From NCBI GenBank assembly GCA_051294905.1, contig CM119371.1, forward strand, positions 40,860,001 to 40,924,000: a stretch of DNA of 64,000 nt, read 5' to 3'. Below are positions 1-12,901 of this stretch, one piece after another; the first letter of the stretch is position 1, and each line of letters begins with the position of its first letter. This DNA comes from Botryllus schlosseri. Lineage: Eukaryota. Below the pieces are notes generated by a model. It worked only from the letters and a program-made list of their open reading frames with translations. It did not search any database and was not told the origin of the DNA. The position numbers and the translations under genes were made by a program.

Positions 1-901
1 TCACAACAGGCATGGTGTGCTAAGTGACACAAAAGATATTTAGCCTACAAGCTTTCACAAACATATGTTAGCCTTCATTCATATTTACGTTTGAAAATAT
101 TTCCTTGCAGTGTTATAATAATTTATATGAAATGTCGATTTGAATTACCCCCGAAAATTGGTAAATTACCCCAAAAGGATGAGTCGACTATAGACATCCT
201 ACATGGAGACTGAGCCGTCTCGGTGTTTTCAACTTGATAGCGTTTATTTAAAAGGTTCCCCATCTCAGGTTGTTCAACCTCGTCAAACTCTAGTGATAAT
301 GCACGTGTACAATACCTGCCCAATTGCAGATCGGAAGCGTATGGAGTTGTAAGTAAAATATTTTATAAGAATTACGACATGGACGTGTATTTCACGTATA
401 TTTCACGAAATACTGCTCGTAAAACCTCTCTTAAACGATAACAACCACAAGGTTATTACATCAAGGAAATCCGATAACCAACCGGTCGTGACTCATCTTC
501 TCATTGACTATGCGCCTTCACTAAACTGTAGCTACCGTATTTGCTGATAAGGACTGTCACCCTGAAAGCGATTAACTTAACGTATGCTCGTCAAATGCGG
601 CGTAATATTAGGTTGTAAACCCAATCGACAGTATCTCAATATGATGGTTGAGTACTTCATCGGCAGGCTTTTATATCGGTAGTTCACCAACTGGTATTTA
701 ATATCTAGTAAACATTACATACTATAATGAGTATACGAGATCGACCAAATATTGATAATTACTCGATATATCTTCCCATCTAATCAACCAAAAAAATTTC
801 TGTAGGAGACCTCATTCAGGGCCAATTAACATAGCTCGCGTTTTCGGGAAATGATCACCAACGGCCTGGCATGGCAGGATGGCGCGTTGTTTATTCATCA
901 A

Positions 902-2130
902 CAGTGCTGGGATCAAGTCACTACCTTCGAGTCACGAGTCATCTCGAGTCATTGCACAATTTGACTCGAGTCAAGTCAAGTCAATCGATTTTCGAAGGTG
1001 ACTTGAGTCAAGTCAAGTCACTCGTTTTTTGGATGTGACTCGAGTCAAGTCAAGTCAAGTCGAGTCGAGTCACGAGTCAAGTCACAATTCAAGTCAAATT
1101 GAATTTTCGAAGTATCAGTGACGATTCACAGTCATTACAATTGGCTAGCTGTGAGAAAGGCAGAATAATTTGCCATTTATCTTGCATCAAATAACGTGTA
1201 GCGTACCGCTCCATGATTAACCTATAATTACCCTTGCTGGTCACTGATTATGTTACTACTACGTCTTGTTGTGTTGCACTCGTTTATACCAGTCGGCCTT
1301 TCAGTCACCGTCCGCGATACCAGTCGGCTTTTAGTCAGCGTCGGAGGTGCGGTCGTCTTTTAGTCCCCGTCGGACGAGCATCGTCACGTTTTAGTTGTTT
1401 TATTAAAAGAGCAATGCTGACTTGTTTACTTTGACTTATTGAGCCACTGACCAAGAAGAACGCCACCCACGACAGAGCGCGCTATAAACGAATATAAAGT
1501 TTTATATGCTTGCAAGAAGGCGCTGTGTCTATCACGCACACGTAGAACCGCAAATAAACTACGTGACTAACTGTATAGCTATGCTACAGACTGTTAATAT
1601 CAGCCAATAGGATCGAATACGAAGCCTCGAGAAGTTGTAACAAATTGATATGGTGCAATACATTACCATCTACACATCCGTGAGAAAACAAATGCATCAA
1701 TTATATTCGCCAGATTTAAATCATAAAAGAGGGTTGGTAAAGGTGATCACTGGGCAATGTTAGCACACGTTGCTATTATATTCTTATTCTTCTACTAATG
1801 CTACTAATACGACAACGTAACCTGTGATAATTTCGCTTGTGATCAATGTATTTGTGATGCAATAATGGAGGATCATTCAAACGTACATTCAGTGAATGCC
1901 TGGCTACTTTCACAAGTGACACAAGCGTATCGAGAACAATACGAACATACACGAAATACAGTGATTTATTTGATACCGTTTATACTTGATGACTTGAAAT
2001 TGACTCGTAAATTTTGCTCCGGGTCACGAGTCAATCCGCATTTTTGAAGCGCCGAGTCAAGTCAAGTCAAGTCATTTCTGCAAAGTGACTCGAGTCAATT
2101 CAAGTCATGACTCGAGTCATCCCAACACTG
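902..2130 (+). mobile_element. non-autonomous hAT-type element, family A
   Basis: TIR CAGTGCTGGGA...TCCCAACACTG; perfect 8-bp TSD TTCATCAA (894-901, 2131-2138); subterminal GACTCGAGTC/AAGTC arrays. Confidence 0.9.
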
Positions 2131-3250
2131 TTCATCAACGCAATAAACTCATTTTTCTAATGTTTCTACGTGACACTGAGCAGAAATCTTGAGAAATACT
2201 TAACAATAGTGTACATCGGTTGCGGCCCACACAATCACATTGCAACAACTGCGTGGGAAGCGATGATATGTGCTCGTACCAATTCATATAATTCACATTC
2301 TGGCAGATAAGTTGCTCGATTTATGTTCAGTACGCCCTGTCCAAACAAATGTCTCATACCGAGCACATCGCATTTAAGTGCTTCATAAAAATTACGCTGT
2401 CAAAGAATCGTCTGTTTGCAAACTTTGCAGTGACATGTGATGTTTGCGACATCTCCGCACGACGCGTAATCAATCACTAGGAATTATCATTGGGATTTAC
2501 TATTCGTGTAAGCGGGTTGTTAATACCATTTCGTGATAGGCACTAACGGTGCAGTAGTTAACGTTCACAAAAATTCTTGAATATGACTGATCATAGCTCA
2601 CTTTTCACAGCATACAATACGCAAGAGGAACAGCGAAACCTTAAAGTAACGTTTATATCATCTCTAAAACCACTGTTAGGGTGAGGACTAGGGTTGGTGC
2701 GAACCTGCGAACCCCTATAAAAGGTTCTGGGTGAATGTTAACGTGAACCTATGACCTCACGTCACGTCATATTGATAATTCCAACCCTATATTTCAGTAC
2801 ATAGGTATATTATTGTTCATTGGACACAATACCTAGCGACGACTCAGGTTATATTATGCCAAAATGCTGAAGTAAATGCTGACTTTTAAACGTCCCCAAA
2901 TGTATCACCTGTAACGATCAAATGCTACAATAATCCCGTAAATTCAATATCTTCCGTCGCTTTGCCAACAATTTCGACGACAACTTGTAAAGGAATATAA
3001 GCTCGCTTGTCAACGGTCTAGGCCGGACCGAAAAATGTATTCGGGTTCTGAAAATTGCTACAGTAATGATGAGCAGAGTGTAGAACGGGGTTTTATACTT
3101 GCTACCGAGATCACCCCATAATGTGGGTATAAAATACCCGACACCCCAAACGCACGGATTTGTTTGTTACGATCAAATAAACATAATAAATCAAGATTGA
3201 TCCCAGACGCCTGCAAAATTTGTTGACATTTGACAGCAAAGTATCCATTA

Positions 3251-3309
3251 GTGTAGTGTGTGTGTGTGTGTGTATGTGTGTGTATGTGTGTGTGTGTGTG
3301 TGTGTGTAT

Positions 3310-3391
<82 letters not shown>

Positions 3392-3407
3392 TGTAGTGTA
3401 GTGGTGG
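3251..3407. repeat. (GT)n microsatellite with interruptions
   Basis: About 150 bp of GT dinucleotides with occasional GTAT/GTTT, flanked by GTGTA units. Confidence 0.98.
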
Positions 3408-4739
3408 AACAAGCATTGTTTGCTGACTACCAAGATGTAATAGTGTAGGCTATTTCGTTCTTGATGTACCAGTTACCAAGCGATTTTGGAACCCAAAGAG
3501 GGTTATTGAACGTTCGTGTCTAGATGCGAACCTCGATCATTTACAGACTCGTTCAAAACAACCTGGGTAGCTACTACCCAACGAGCATGTTGGTAATGAT
3601 CCAAATTTATGATCAAAATGTTATCAATGTCAAGTGCCTGTCACCAGCTACGTAGCGATGAAAACACGTTTATGCTAAAGCTAATAACCGTAAACTTGTA
3701 TATCAGTTGTAGTTACCCAGGGGGTCAACGAACCCCAGGGTTACGCCGATAAAGTTTCGGAGTTCGGCAAGAGTCAAGACACACATCCAACTCATATGAT
3801 TAGCGATCACGCGCTCGTTTTGCCTATCATTGCCTGTAGATAATTAGACGCAATCAGTAATCGAATTGTATCTGTTGTGGTGGTACGCGGTTTGCAATTA
3901 CGTATACACAAAGAAGACTTGGATTCGTAATTGAAACCGCGTCCTTTGGATATTCCGGCCGATCTCCGATATTTATGGATCCATTTGAAATCGAGAAATT
4001 TGCATCCCGTGGATAAAAGGCAATTCCCAGGATCAATCCTCATTAAAGATAGGATTCGTTAGAGATTACACAATTGGTAGAGATACATATTCATATCTCG
4101 GCTTTGACGACTTCATCCACATCGCAATGACGTATGCGTCAACTGAATATACACTACACATGACTGCACTTTGTACAGTGTACTCGTCGTTAACTGATAC
4201 GAAGCAAAATATCCTTCACAAGAAAAACACAGATATATATTTGTTTTCCATGCGATTTGGTGGGAGAGGTGAATTGATTTCGGTCTTACAACTCAAGGAC
4301 CAAAGGTTTAATCAGCGCAAGATTTTATAGGTTTTCCGTACAGGCTAGCTAGATACCACTACTGCAACGGAGGTATCGAGTTTTTATTGTAGAAGCAAGT
4401 CTCCAAATCACTCGCTACTGACTCAAAAATAGTCGAATATGTTTCTGAAATTATACGGCACAAACTGCAACTTGTCATATATGTAGTACACACACATTTA
4501 TATACGTCGAACCGATACATTTCAGAAGTTCCTGTTAATCATGTGCCCGATACACCAACGTTATATATGTTATTATAAAATGTTGATGTACACGCACAGT
4601 GTTCTCTCCAAATTACTACTATAGTTGCTGATGATTACCCCTGGCATGTATCAGCCGTGTATATTTTTTTGATTTATTTACCTATCTTTATATACTATAT
4701 AATTGACGAATGTTTCTGTTTACTACCCCTCTAGTTGAA

Positions 4740-6030
4740 ACGAGTCACGGAATGTTGGCGTAATTCTGATTAAAAAAAAAGCCGTTGCTTCAGTCATAAA
4801 TTATTTCATAAAGTGTTATCGCAGTGTTGAGTTAAGAGTTATATATTTAATGCTTTATATTCACTATTGCCTTGTACAGTGTCCATATTATGGCAAGGCA
4901 GTGTGCTTAACAAAATTAAACACTGTTTGTGGATAGCGGTCGGACGAATCAGAAATTAAGAAACATGCTGCACATCATCGAATTGGATTGATGTATAGCA
5001 ACTACAGTCAGCAGATGATAACATGAAATACTTTGTGACTAGCATTTTTCCCTGCGCGATCCTACATGATAAATACTGGGATGCCCATCCAACAAGTCGC
5101 TGCTGAAGAGATTCGGTGTCCTAAACATAGAATATATGCGTAAACTAGAAATCGTCAAGTTTATGTATCACTTTCACTGCGGTGGTTGCCAGGAATATTT
5201 CAATGACTTCTTTACCTCGGAATCAAAAGCGCACAAGTACAACACACGCTCGCCAACGTCGTCCAAATACCAGATGACCGACCGAAAAGATCATCACTCT
5301 ATCAAATATGCCGGACCTGATGTGTGGAATAGTATACCGCAGGCCATCCGACAGTCGACGAGCATGTCAACATTCAAGTCGAAATACAAGCAATTACTAC
5401 TAAATAAATTCAATTCATCCTCAAGATTACCGGACCACGACTAATCTATCGATCTCGCTTTCCATGACATGCCGCCCTATTTCTTGTCGTTACCGACAAG
5501 ATAGCGTAACGGTCAAGCGTCCTGCTTCTTGATCGGTAGGTCGTGGGTTCGATTCCCGGCCGGGTCAGACCAAAGACCTGATAGTAACACTGGTATCCAT
5601 GGCATCCCGGCTTGGCGCTCATGCATTACTGGGATAGCATGGAGGGGTGGTGCATGACTTAGAAAGCTGTAGAGGCTATATCTGCACTTCCTTGTCCAGC
5701 GGCATATGCACATCATGTACTCATGGCATGCATATGCGCAGGTCGCGTGTATGTGTATCATGAGTCGGTGTATATGCCGCAAGAACATCAAGGACAAAAA
5801 TAAACTACGTCCTTTCCTTCCTTTCTTTTTTCTATACTATCTTCTTTACTTTCATTCAGTGTGCAATCTGTGCAATGTGCATACATGCCTCCTCTTTAGA
5901 TCGCCCAGGCCAAGGTGGGTGTCTGATTCCATTGACAAATCCAAGTCGCTTCGACATCTTCCTGTCTTTTCATTGTATCGCATTCTTGTGGTGTATTGAA
6001 CTGATAAAATTGCTAATAAACCAATGATGA
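4740..6030 (+). mobile_element. 5'-truncated CR1/L2-group LINE remnant (ORF2 C-terminus + 3' UTR), interrupted by a SINE
   Basis: Translation LLKRFGVLNIEYMRKLEIVKFMY...HKYNTR...SIKYAGPDVWNSIPQAIRQSTSMSTFKSKYKQLLL is typical of the C-terminal part of CR1/L2-group ORF2. The 3' tail (5850-6020) recurs elsewhere in the window. Confidence 0.75.
5494..5826 (+). mobile_element. tRNA-derived SINE family 1 (V-SINE-like)
   Basis: A box TAGCGTAACGG, B box GGTTCGATTCC, core GGGTCAGACCAAAGAC...GCTTGGCGCTCA, tail CCTTTCCTTCCTTTC. A closely similar copy lies at 38550. Confidence 0.85.
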
Positions 6031-6590
6031 TGTTGATACTAGCTTCGAAAAATTTGCGTAAATAATGTAAAATTGTAGAATGCCTGTCAGTGAAGTCAAT
6101 TGCTAATCATCACGAGAATCAACCAAACCAATCCATTCATCGACTTAAATCAGATACAGAATACAATGTGTGCTCGTTGTAATCCTCATACATGGGAGAC
6201 TGAACCAATATATCAACGATACGCGTGCTAAACGATTTCGCAAGTATTTGAAAGCGAATAGTATATCGATATTTGAATAAACCCGTATATGCTGGGCTGA
6301 CATACATCAGGGCTAATCTTCTGCAATTAGTACAGAATTGGAAAGAATATTGTATATGTCAGCAACTGCTGGGCCGGACGGATCCTGAGTAATTTACGGT
6401 TGGATTTATTTCAAGATAAATTGGGGTTAAAATTTCGTCAAAATTGTTTGCGAAAATTGTTTGCAGAGTGATTTTCCAGCAAGCCGTGCCGTACTGGTTA
6501 AAATGTCTGCGAACTTCTCATTTTACAATTTTCTCCTTTCGCCCTATTTCCGTGGTTTTCCATCTTTTTTAGACACGCACATCTTGATGT

Positions 6591-7105
6591 TAGGGCTGGG
6601 CACAATGATTCGAGTACTCGAATCTGAATCGAGTATTAATTTTAATGATTCGAGTCGAGTAGTAAAAGTTGATTTTGTCGAGTACTGAAATTTACGCTCC
6701 TCGGCGCTGAAAGTTAATTTACTGACGGGAATTATAGTTTTGATACTAATTTTTGCTGAGGAAGCCTTGAAACCGTGATTTTCCGTGTCACAGCATACGA
6801 GACATAGTACAAAGCTACGAACGTTACTGGAAATAACACATTTCCAAAGTCATGATCATCGCACAACAATGTCAAGAAGTGCAATGAAATCGGTATGGTC
6901 GAAAAAAGGCCAAAGTATCTTCAATGTGACGGATAGCAGGCATTATATTCTTTGTGGTGGCATAAAAAGGTACATATTTGAACTTTGAGATGATACATTC
7001 TGTTGTGACGTCATAATGAGTGATACTCGAATACTCGACTCGACTCGAAGCGTAATACGTGATTCAGAATCGAATCACTCAGGTACTCGATTTTGCCCAG
7101 CCCTA
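6591..7105 (+). mobile_element. hAT-type MITE family C
   Basis: TIR TAGGGCTGGGCA...TGCCCAGCCCTA; TSD CTTGATGT (6583-6590, 7106-7113). Confidence 0.92.
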
Positions 7106-7614
7106 CTTGATGTTAGTGAATAATTTCGTGCCCCCATTTATCGTCACATCAGAAAATATTAAATAGAACAACCAAAATGTAAAATATCGGCCGCGATATT
7201 GGCCTTTAATTTACTGCATGTTGGTAATTCGTTACGAAATGTTTATCGTGAATGTTTTTGCGGCTTATACTCCGACTCAAGATATACATACACCAGGGAT
7301 GGCTAATCAATCGCCCTCAAATAAAATTTAGTGGCTCACGCGTTAATTTTCGATTAAAGGTGTATTATCAAAATATGACTTTCACATGTAGTCGCCCACA
7401 CATGATCGTGAAAATATGAATGTCGACGACTATTAACATAGTTACCACGCATTTCCATAGGCGGGGGAGGTCGCACGGGGCCATGCCACCCACATGTTTT
7501 TCGTAAATCTTTCTGAATTAGGTATTTCGCGGCAGATTTGACTCAAAATTTTGTTTCGCGCTAATGGTGAATTAGTACCATCAGATCTCTTGCCTCCAGT
7601 ATATCCCTCAAGAG

Positions 7615-7814
7615 CAATCTTCCCTCTAATTTTCGACGAGTCTGCGCACAGCCGCACGCTCACCAACTCACTGCGCAGTCCTTTGGACAGCAGTGCGTAA
7701 CGACTAAAAAAGGTCATCAATGCGGATTTTTTGTGCGCAACTTAGATTTTCTGTGAACAGAGACAGTGTCAGCACTGCGCATTTTCGCACGTGCGCAGCT
7801 TAGAGGGAACATTG
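7615..7814 (+). mobile_element. short hAT-type MITE family D
   Basis: TIR CAATCTTCCCTCTAA...TTAGAGGGAACATTG; imperfect 8-bp TSD CTCAAGAG/CTCCCGAG. Confidence 0.8.
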
Positions 7815-7917
7815 CTCCCGAGGAATAAGAATGAAAATATACGTCTGATTTACAGAAATAACTGCAACTGTATTTGCAATAATGAGATGAAATATACCTC
7901 TGCGCGTCTTCCGAAGT

Positions 7918-8888
7918 TTTTTTGTTTTTTTGTTTGTTTTGGGGTATTCATGGTGTTTGTCTACTGCAGGGCCGGCCAACCCGTGGCCCGCGAGAAGGTT
8001 TTGAGTGGCCCGCGCGGTCATTTCCGAAATTTCTAATATCATCAAAAATGGATTGCACAGATTGTGAATTTGCAAGGCCAACCAAAAATTTGATCAGTCT
8101 GGCCGCAACACTTGAGATATGATGACTAAAATATCGGTTCCGACGCATTGCCAGATCCATCAGCCATTCACATATTGGTATATCTTCGTACACTACAATA
8201 AAGCAGAATAATTTGCGGTAGATTTATCAAAGGTAAAAATTTTCTACAAGCTTGGCGCAACATGTTGTCACTCGGTTTCTTGTGTTTATTATTGTTGCCC
8301 TTTTGTGAAAATGGAACAACACCTAATGTATCAGATTGAGTCTAGCTATATTCGCAATTACGAGACAAAGTGTCGTTCAACATATCCGACATTGCTTTTG
8401 CGCTCGCAGTAAGACCGTCGACTATGAAACCTAGGCACGAAATGATTGACGCATGTTGGTCGCATCTTTCGATATCGATATGTCCAAGCGCCGAATAGCC
8501 CAGTCCTCGCAAAATTAGCCCAGCGATATACAACAAGCCCGCAATGTAGTCAAATGACAATATTATTGACCTATAAACTTCAAAAAAGTTTCTCGGCCCG
8601 CGCAATACTTCGTCAATCGAATGTGGCCCGTTGGCTGAAAAGGTTGGCCAGCCCTGGTCTACTGCTATGGCCATTTACATCAGGTTGATATTCTTTTTAT
8701 TTTTCGTAATTGCCGACTTATAGCACGGCCCACCTCTAGGCTTTTGTAAGACACCACTGACGCGGATGAGGTGGTGAGGAGGAGCTTAGGTAAACCTCCA
8801 ACACTTAGGTATCGGAACACGGAAGTCAACCTCGGTCGGACTCGAACCCACACCCATTGATGCTGCAGCCGCGGAATATGCCACTGCG
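7918..8888 (-). mobile_element. tRNA-derived SINE family 2, split by a hAT MITE
   Basis: On the - strand, A box GGCGCAGTGG and B box GGTTCGAGTCC; A-rich tail at 7918-7940; TSD CCGAAGT (7911-7917, 8889-8895); colinear with 59114-59375 once 7967-8664 is removed. Confidence 0.85.
7967..8656 (+). mobile_element. Charlie-like hAT MITE family I
   Basis: TIR CAGGGCCGGCCAACC...GGTTGGCCAGCCCTG; TSD GTCTACTG (7959-7966, 8657-8664); GGCCCGCG subterminal motifs. Confidence 0.9.
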
Positions 8889-10473
8889 CCGAAGTAAGAC
8901 CATTCAGCGTAATGATATGGTTTCGGCTCGCGCCGTCGCCGCGGTAACTCTGAAACCTTGAACTCGCGTGAAGCAATGTATACTTTTACGTTACGGAGGA
9001 TATTGCGGGATAAAATGTTGTACATAACTGTCCAGGAGCTTGCTTTGTCATGCTTTCTCATTTTTCGAGCACTTTTCTCATCAACTTCCCACCTTGCTTG
9101 ATCGATCCCGTCAAATATTAAAATTGCCTCAGACGGGCGGTGATCTTTCCATTCGAATGCCTAGTCTATTTCTTCTTCGTTTTGATACAGCCCCCCGAAG
9201 AGAAATTTGGACGGTTTAAGCTACTTCGCCTCTTTGATATCCTTCAATTCAATGTAGGACCTTTTTTATTGTAAGATGGCTGATCCCTGGCATTGTCTCC
9301 TGCAGTCATGCCGAGAGCTTGTCTTGCTATTCTGCGTGTGAGTGTTGATTTTCCGGATCCAGCTTAGATGCCACTATAGCGGTTATTCCAATTGTTTCTA
9401 GCAAGCTTGCTCTTTCTCTTTTCCATATAGATGTCGTTGTGCCAACGGATTCCATCGCGCTGCTCAAGCGATTTTCTCCAAAATATATATTCTAATATAA
9501 GAATATAATGTTTTCCTTCAGTTTTCTTTATTAATAATTAATTTCGCTCGTAATCTACGTGCCGACAAGTTAGAATCCTTACAAATATTAGCAATACAAG
9601 TTATATATATCGAAATCAGTCGATATATACGCTTGCGCTAGACACCGAGCAATATGGCTTGATGTACGATTTTTTCGTTACCGTTGATACCAGAAGCTTA
9701 CATAGAAGTGGGAGGGTTGAAGGCGTTATGTGGCTAGTCCAAACGTCTTAGCGGAAAATCCTCAGCGATTTGGCATCAGTATTATGAAAAGAGAAGTAAA
9801 ACTTTTTAATACGGTATGAAAGCATCCCAAATTATGTGAAAACTAGACTAATCATTATCCAGTTGTGCGGGATGTGCGGTCACCTCCTAGTCTCTGGGAA
9901 TATGAAAAACAAATAAAAATGTGATCTCTTTTTTAAAAACTGCGGTTAAATGAATGTTAAAATTCGACTGAGATATAGAAAATCAATACTCAAGTAACGG
10001 TCCGGTGTTTTCTTCGGGTGAGCCAGAATGACGGCTTTTTTTTAGTCAACGAACGGAAAATTGATGCGAAGTGGGTGTCTCGGGTATCCGGTCTGAAAGA
10101 TGACCTCTTTTTATTTCGTCAATCAACTGCAAGCTCGGAATAAATTTACCAATTTTTGTAATCTGAATTCTTTTAAATGTGTCCTCTTTTCATATTCCCT
10201 AAATATGGTGACCCTAATATATGGCAATAAAATCGAACCATCACTCATATTGATTACAAGTTTCTTTACTATATAGTTCTGGATGTTTTGCAGTATTTAA
10301 AATGCTCAGTCCACATTTCTCCTGTCATCGGAACATTTTAGCCCATTTCAGATAACGATATTCATGCATTAACAACAGTATAGTAAAGTACTAGTATAGT
10401 ATTCAAGTAACACAGCACACGTTTGACATGTCGCCATCGGGTGTTCCGATAGTGGTGGTAGTGGAGTATTTAG

Positions 10474-10623
10474 GATGGCGTACTTCTCAATTGGGGATTA
10501 TTGGTATTTACAATGCCTTACTGTGAGTACGATAGAAATATTTCAAGACAGTTGCATGCGATCAAACATCCCAGCTCCTCTCACACTTTACTGGTGAAAG
10601 TAATTATTGAGTCGAATCAAGAG
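10474..10623 (+). CDS. candidate upstream exon of unidentified gene
   Basis: TTTAG| open frame DGVLLNWGLLVFTMPYCEYD...IIESNQE |GTACGT, phase 0 end. Weak polypyrimidine tract. Confidence 0.25.
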
Positions 10624-10749
10624 GTACGTAAAGTCTAAGACCATGTCGTTTGTCTGGATACCAGATCACTATGATCGAAATACGCAATAATGAATCTCCA
10701 GATCGCTCAGCAACCGCTGTAGAACTGGTGATCATATCATACAACTAAC

Positions 10750-11310
10750 CAGGGTTGTAATGACTCGAGTCACGATTTTCGGCTGACTCGACTCGACTTG
10801 AGTCATTTTCTCAAAATACAGAAATGACTCGAGATTGACTCGACTTGGACTCGAGTCATTGCGCATGACTCGAAGCAAGTCATTGACTCGAGATTCAGAC
10901 GGCCAAGACCGACATTTCATTGTAATTTCGAATCCAACACACTATTGGGATTTCGTTTATTGGTACTGGTGCTTGAAAATGCGACCAGAAACTGCTAAAA
11001 GTGAGGAAAATTGATATATTATAAATGCGAACCATTCAATATCACCAAACAGAGTTAAAAAAGTGGGTTTAGGAAGACTTTAACTGGAAACTGAGCAGTC
11101 AACACAATGACTTGGACTCGGACTCGAGTCATAATACCATGACTCGGACTCGAGTCATAATACCATGGCTCGGACTCGATCGTCTGTTCGCTGACTTGGA
11201 CTCGGAATTGACTCGGTGGGAATTGAAAATGACTCGACTTGACTCGAGTCAAGAATATAAAAGTGAGATTTACTTGTGACTCGGAGCCTTGTGACTTGGT
11301 TACAACCCTG
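10750..11310 (+). mobile_element. hAT-type MITE family B
   Basis: TIR CAGGGTTGTAA...TTACAACCCTG; TSD CAACTAAC/CGACTAAC (7/8); GACTCGAGTC arrays. Confidence 0.88.
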
Positions 11311-11941
11311 CGACTAACCGAGTTTTGATCATGCCTCCAACTGGACAGCACGTTGTAGAACATTGTAATTGCGGATTAGACTGTATACTTACTACTTGGC
11401 TCGAAAATTAGATTGCTATGCGGTCAAGATTTCACTTTGTAGACTGAATTACCATACGATGCAGCGATTCAAAACTATGCCTAGTATACCGTACTGGAGA
11501 ATGCGTAAAATTATCTGCTAAATTCCGGTAAACACCGTCATCAAACAGAGTGCTATCAACGCCATGGAGAGGCGACGAATATGGTTAGCTGGTCATCTTG
11601 GCGATCCGCAAATATTGCAAAATGTAGTGAAATATGTCAGACAGACTGACAGACCCATATAGCAGAATAACTGCCGTCGCGGAATCGAACCCGGCGCGGC
11701 CCGGAGTTTTCGCGTGCTAAAAAGTTACGTAGCATCAAGCAGCGTTGTGCAGCATGAAAGCATAATGCTACAGTCGCTTTCGATCAAGACCGGATTCAGT
11801 AAATTCTGAGCTCTGGAAGACAACTTTTGGATTGCCAGAATTACTACAGTAGCTGCCGTAAGATCAGTCCGAGTAAAGCTTCAGCGAAGCGGAACGGAGC
11901 TGCAAAATCGGTCGCTGCCATTCCACGTTTACATTCTATAG

Positions 11942-12530
11942 TAGTGCCCTATATGGAGTCGACACAGCCAAATCTCACGCCTCAGTGAAATTGTATCACG
12001 TCACAATTTCCATTTGGCCACAGGCAATTTGACGGTCATTTTTCACAGACTTGCCGAGCATTAAATTTGGTAAAACAGGTATCAATCGAAAGCTGACTTT
12101 GCACTGAATACGAAAATATAAATTTTATTCCGCTCGTGGCCCTGGAACTCCCACAATCAGCCTCGAATTTTTCATTGTTATGGAGATTGGCATTGGGACG
12201 CAACAATGCTGTCTGGCGAAACGAGAGACTAGCTCAAGAAAAAGGAGCCAGACAGCATTGTTCAGCATTGTTGCGTCCCAATGCCAATCTCCATAACAAT
12301 AAAAAATTCCAGGCTGATTGTGGGAGTTACAGGGCCACGAGCGGAATAAAATTTATATTTCCGTAATCAGTGCAGAGTCAGCTTTCGATCTACCCGTTTT
12401 ACCAAATTTAATGCTCGGCAAGCCGGTCAAAAATTACCGTCAAATTGCCTGTGGCCAAATGGAAATTGTGACGTGATACAATTTCACTGAGGCGTACGAT
12501 TTGCATGTGTCGACACCGTATAGGACACTA
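11942..12530. repeat. foldback palindrome / MITE E (~275-bp arms, 29-nt loop)
   Basis: 11942-12217 is a near-perfect reverse complement of 12247-12530; TA at both ends. Confidence 0.92.
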
Positions 12531-12785
12531 TGATGAAAGCATTTAATTGAGGTTTACTCGGCGATTATTACAATAACATTCAAATTATTGTTGTTGTTTA
12601 TCTTGATATTTATCCGTTTGAATATTAAAATTGAAACGTAACTTGGTCGCTAATCTAGTATACTAGATTTGAGCAATGACAGGATCAGTAACCTACTGCA
12701 ATGTTAGTCGTCACTAGTCAGGCATATGTCAACTTCAAATCAACCATCCGCGAATCTCGCCACTCGCGATCTGTTTGAAGTCTAG

Positions 12786-12901
12786 ATATCCTGGTGTTCG
12801 CTACAATCGCTAGTCGAGTCCTTACACAGTATGGTGCTCAATGGTTGTTTACACATGAGCTGCTTCTCAATCAAGATGGTTGCGCGAGATTTAAATCGGA
12901 G
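12786..12901 (+). CDS. candidate upstream exon of unidentified gene
   Basis: Open frame ISWCSLQSLVESLHSMVLNGCLHMSCFSIKMVARDLNR, phase 0 to phase 2, which bridges 10623 and 16972. Splice signals are weak (TCTAG|, |GTCAAT). Confidence 0.25.

Larger units (their letters stand above)
7897..9480 (-). pseudogene. degraded NACHT-domain (NLR-like NTPase) pseudogene interrupted by SINE and MITE
   Basis: Manual - strand translation gives a Walker A remnant GI*AGSGKSTLTRRIARQ (9372-9319), a Walker B AILIFDGIDQ (9127-9098), then ILSRNILRNVKVYIASRE and IITLNGLTS, which resumes as EDAQR at 7911 after removing the SINE. Stops at 9364, 9221 and 9161 plus frameshifts. Confidence 0.75.

Noticed and set aside
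123..323. Protein-like minus-strand ORF (LSLEFDEVEQPEMGNLL)
   Set aside because: Could be an exon of a gene leaving the window, but the acceptor lacks a pyrimidine tract and nothing is recognisable.
902..1100. Regular GAGTCAAGTCAAGTC arrays resembling a CRISPR or iteron array
   Set aside because: No unique spacers and no cas genes; these are subterminal repeats of MITE A in a eukaryotic genome.
3111..3448. His/Thr-rich and Cys/Val-rich ORFs
   Set aside because: They are translations of the (GT)n microsatellite.
5494..5570. tRNA gene-like sequence (also 8830-8890, 38550-38625, 59315-59375)
   Set aside because: A/B boxes are present but there is no complete cloverleaf, and each continues into a shared SINE body and tail.
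7294..9289. Possible large element bounded by CAGGGATG...GATCCCTG
   Set aside because: No TSD, and the right end lies within the NACHT reading frame, so it is probably coincidental.
11540..11700. MERRRIWLAGHL, reminiscent of an RTE-type LINE ORF2 C-terminus, plus a reversed B-box-like motif
   Set aside because: Too short and degraded to support a call.
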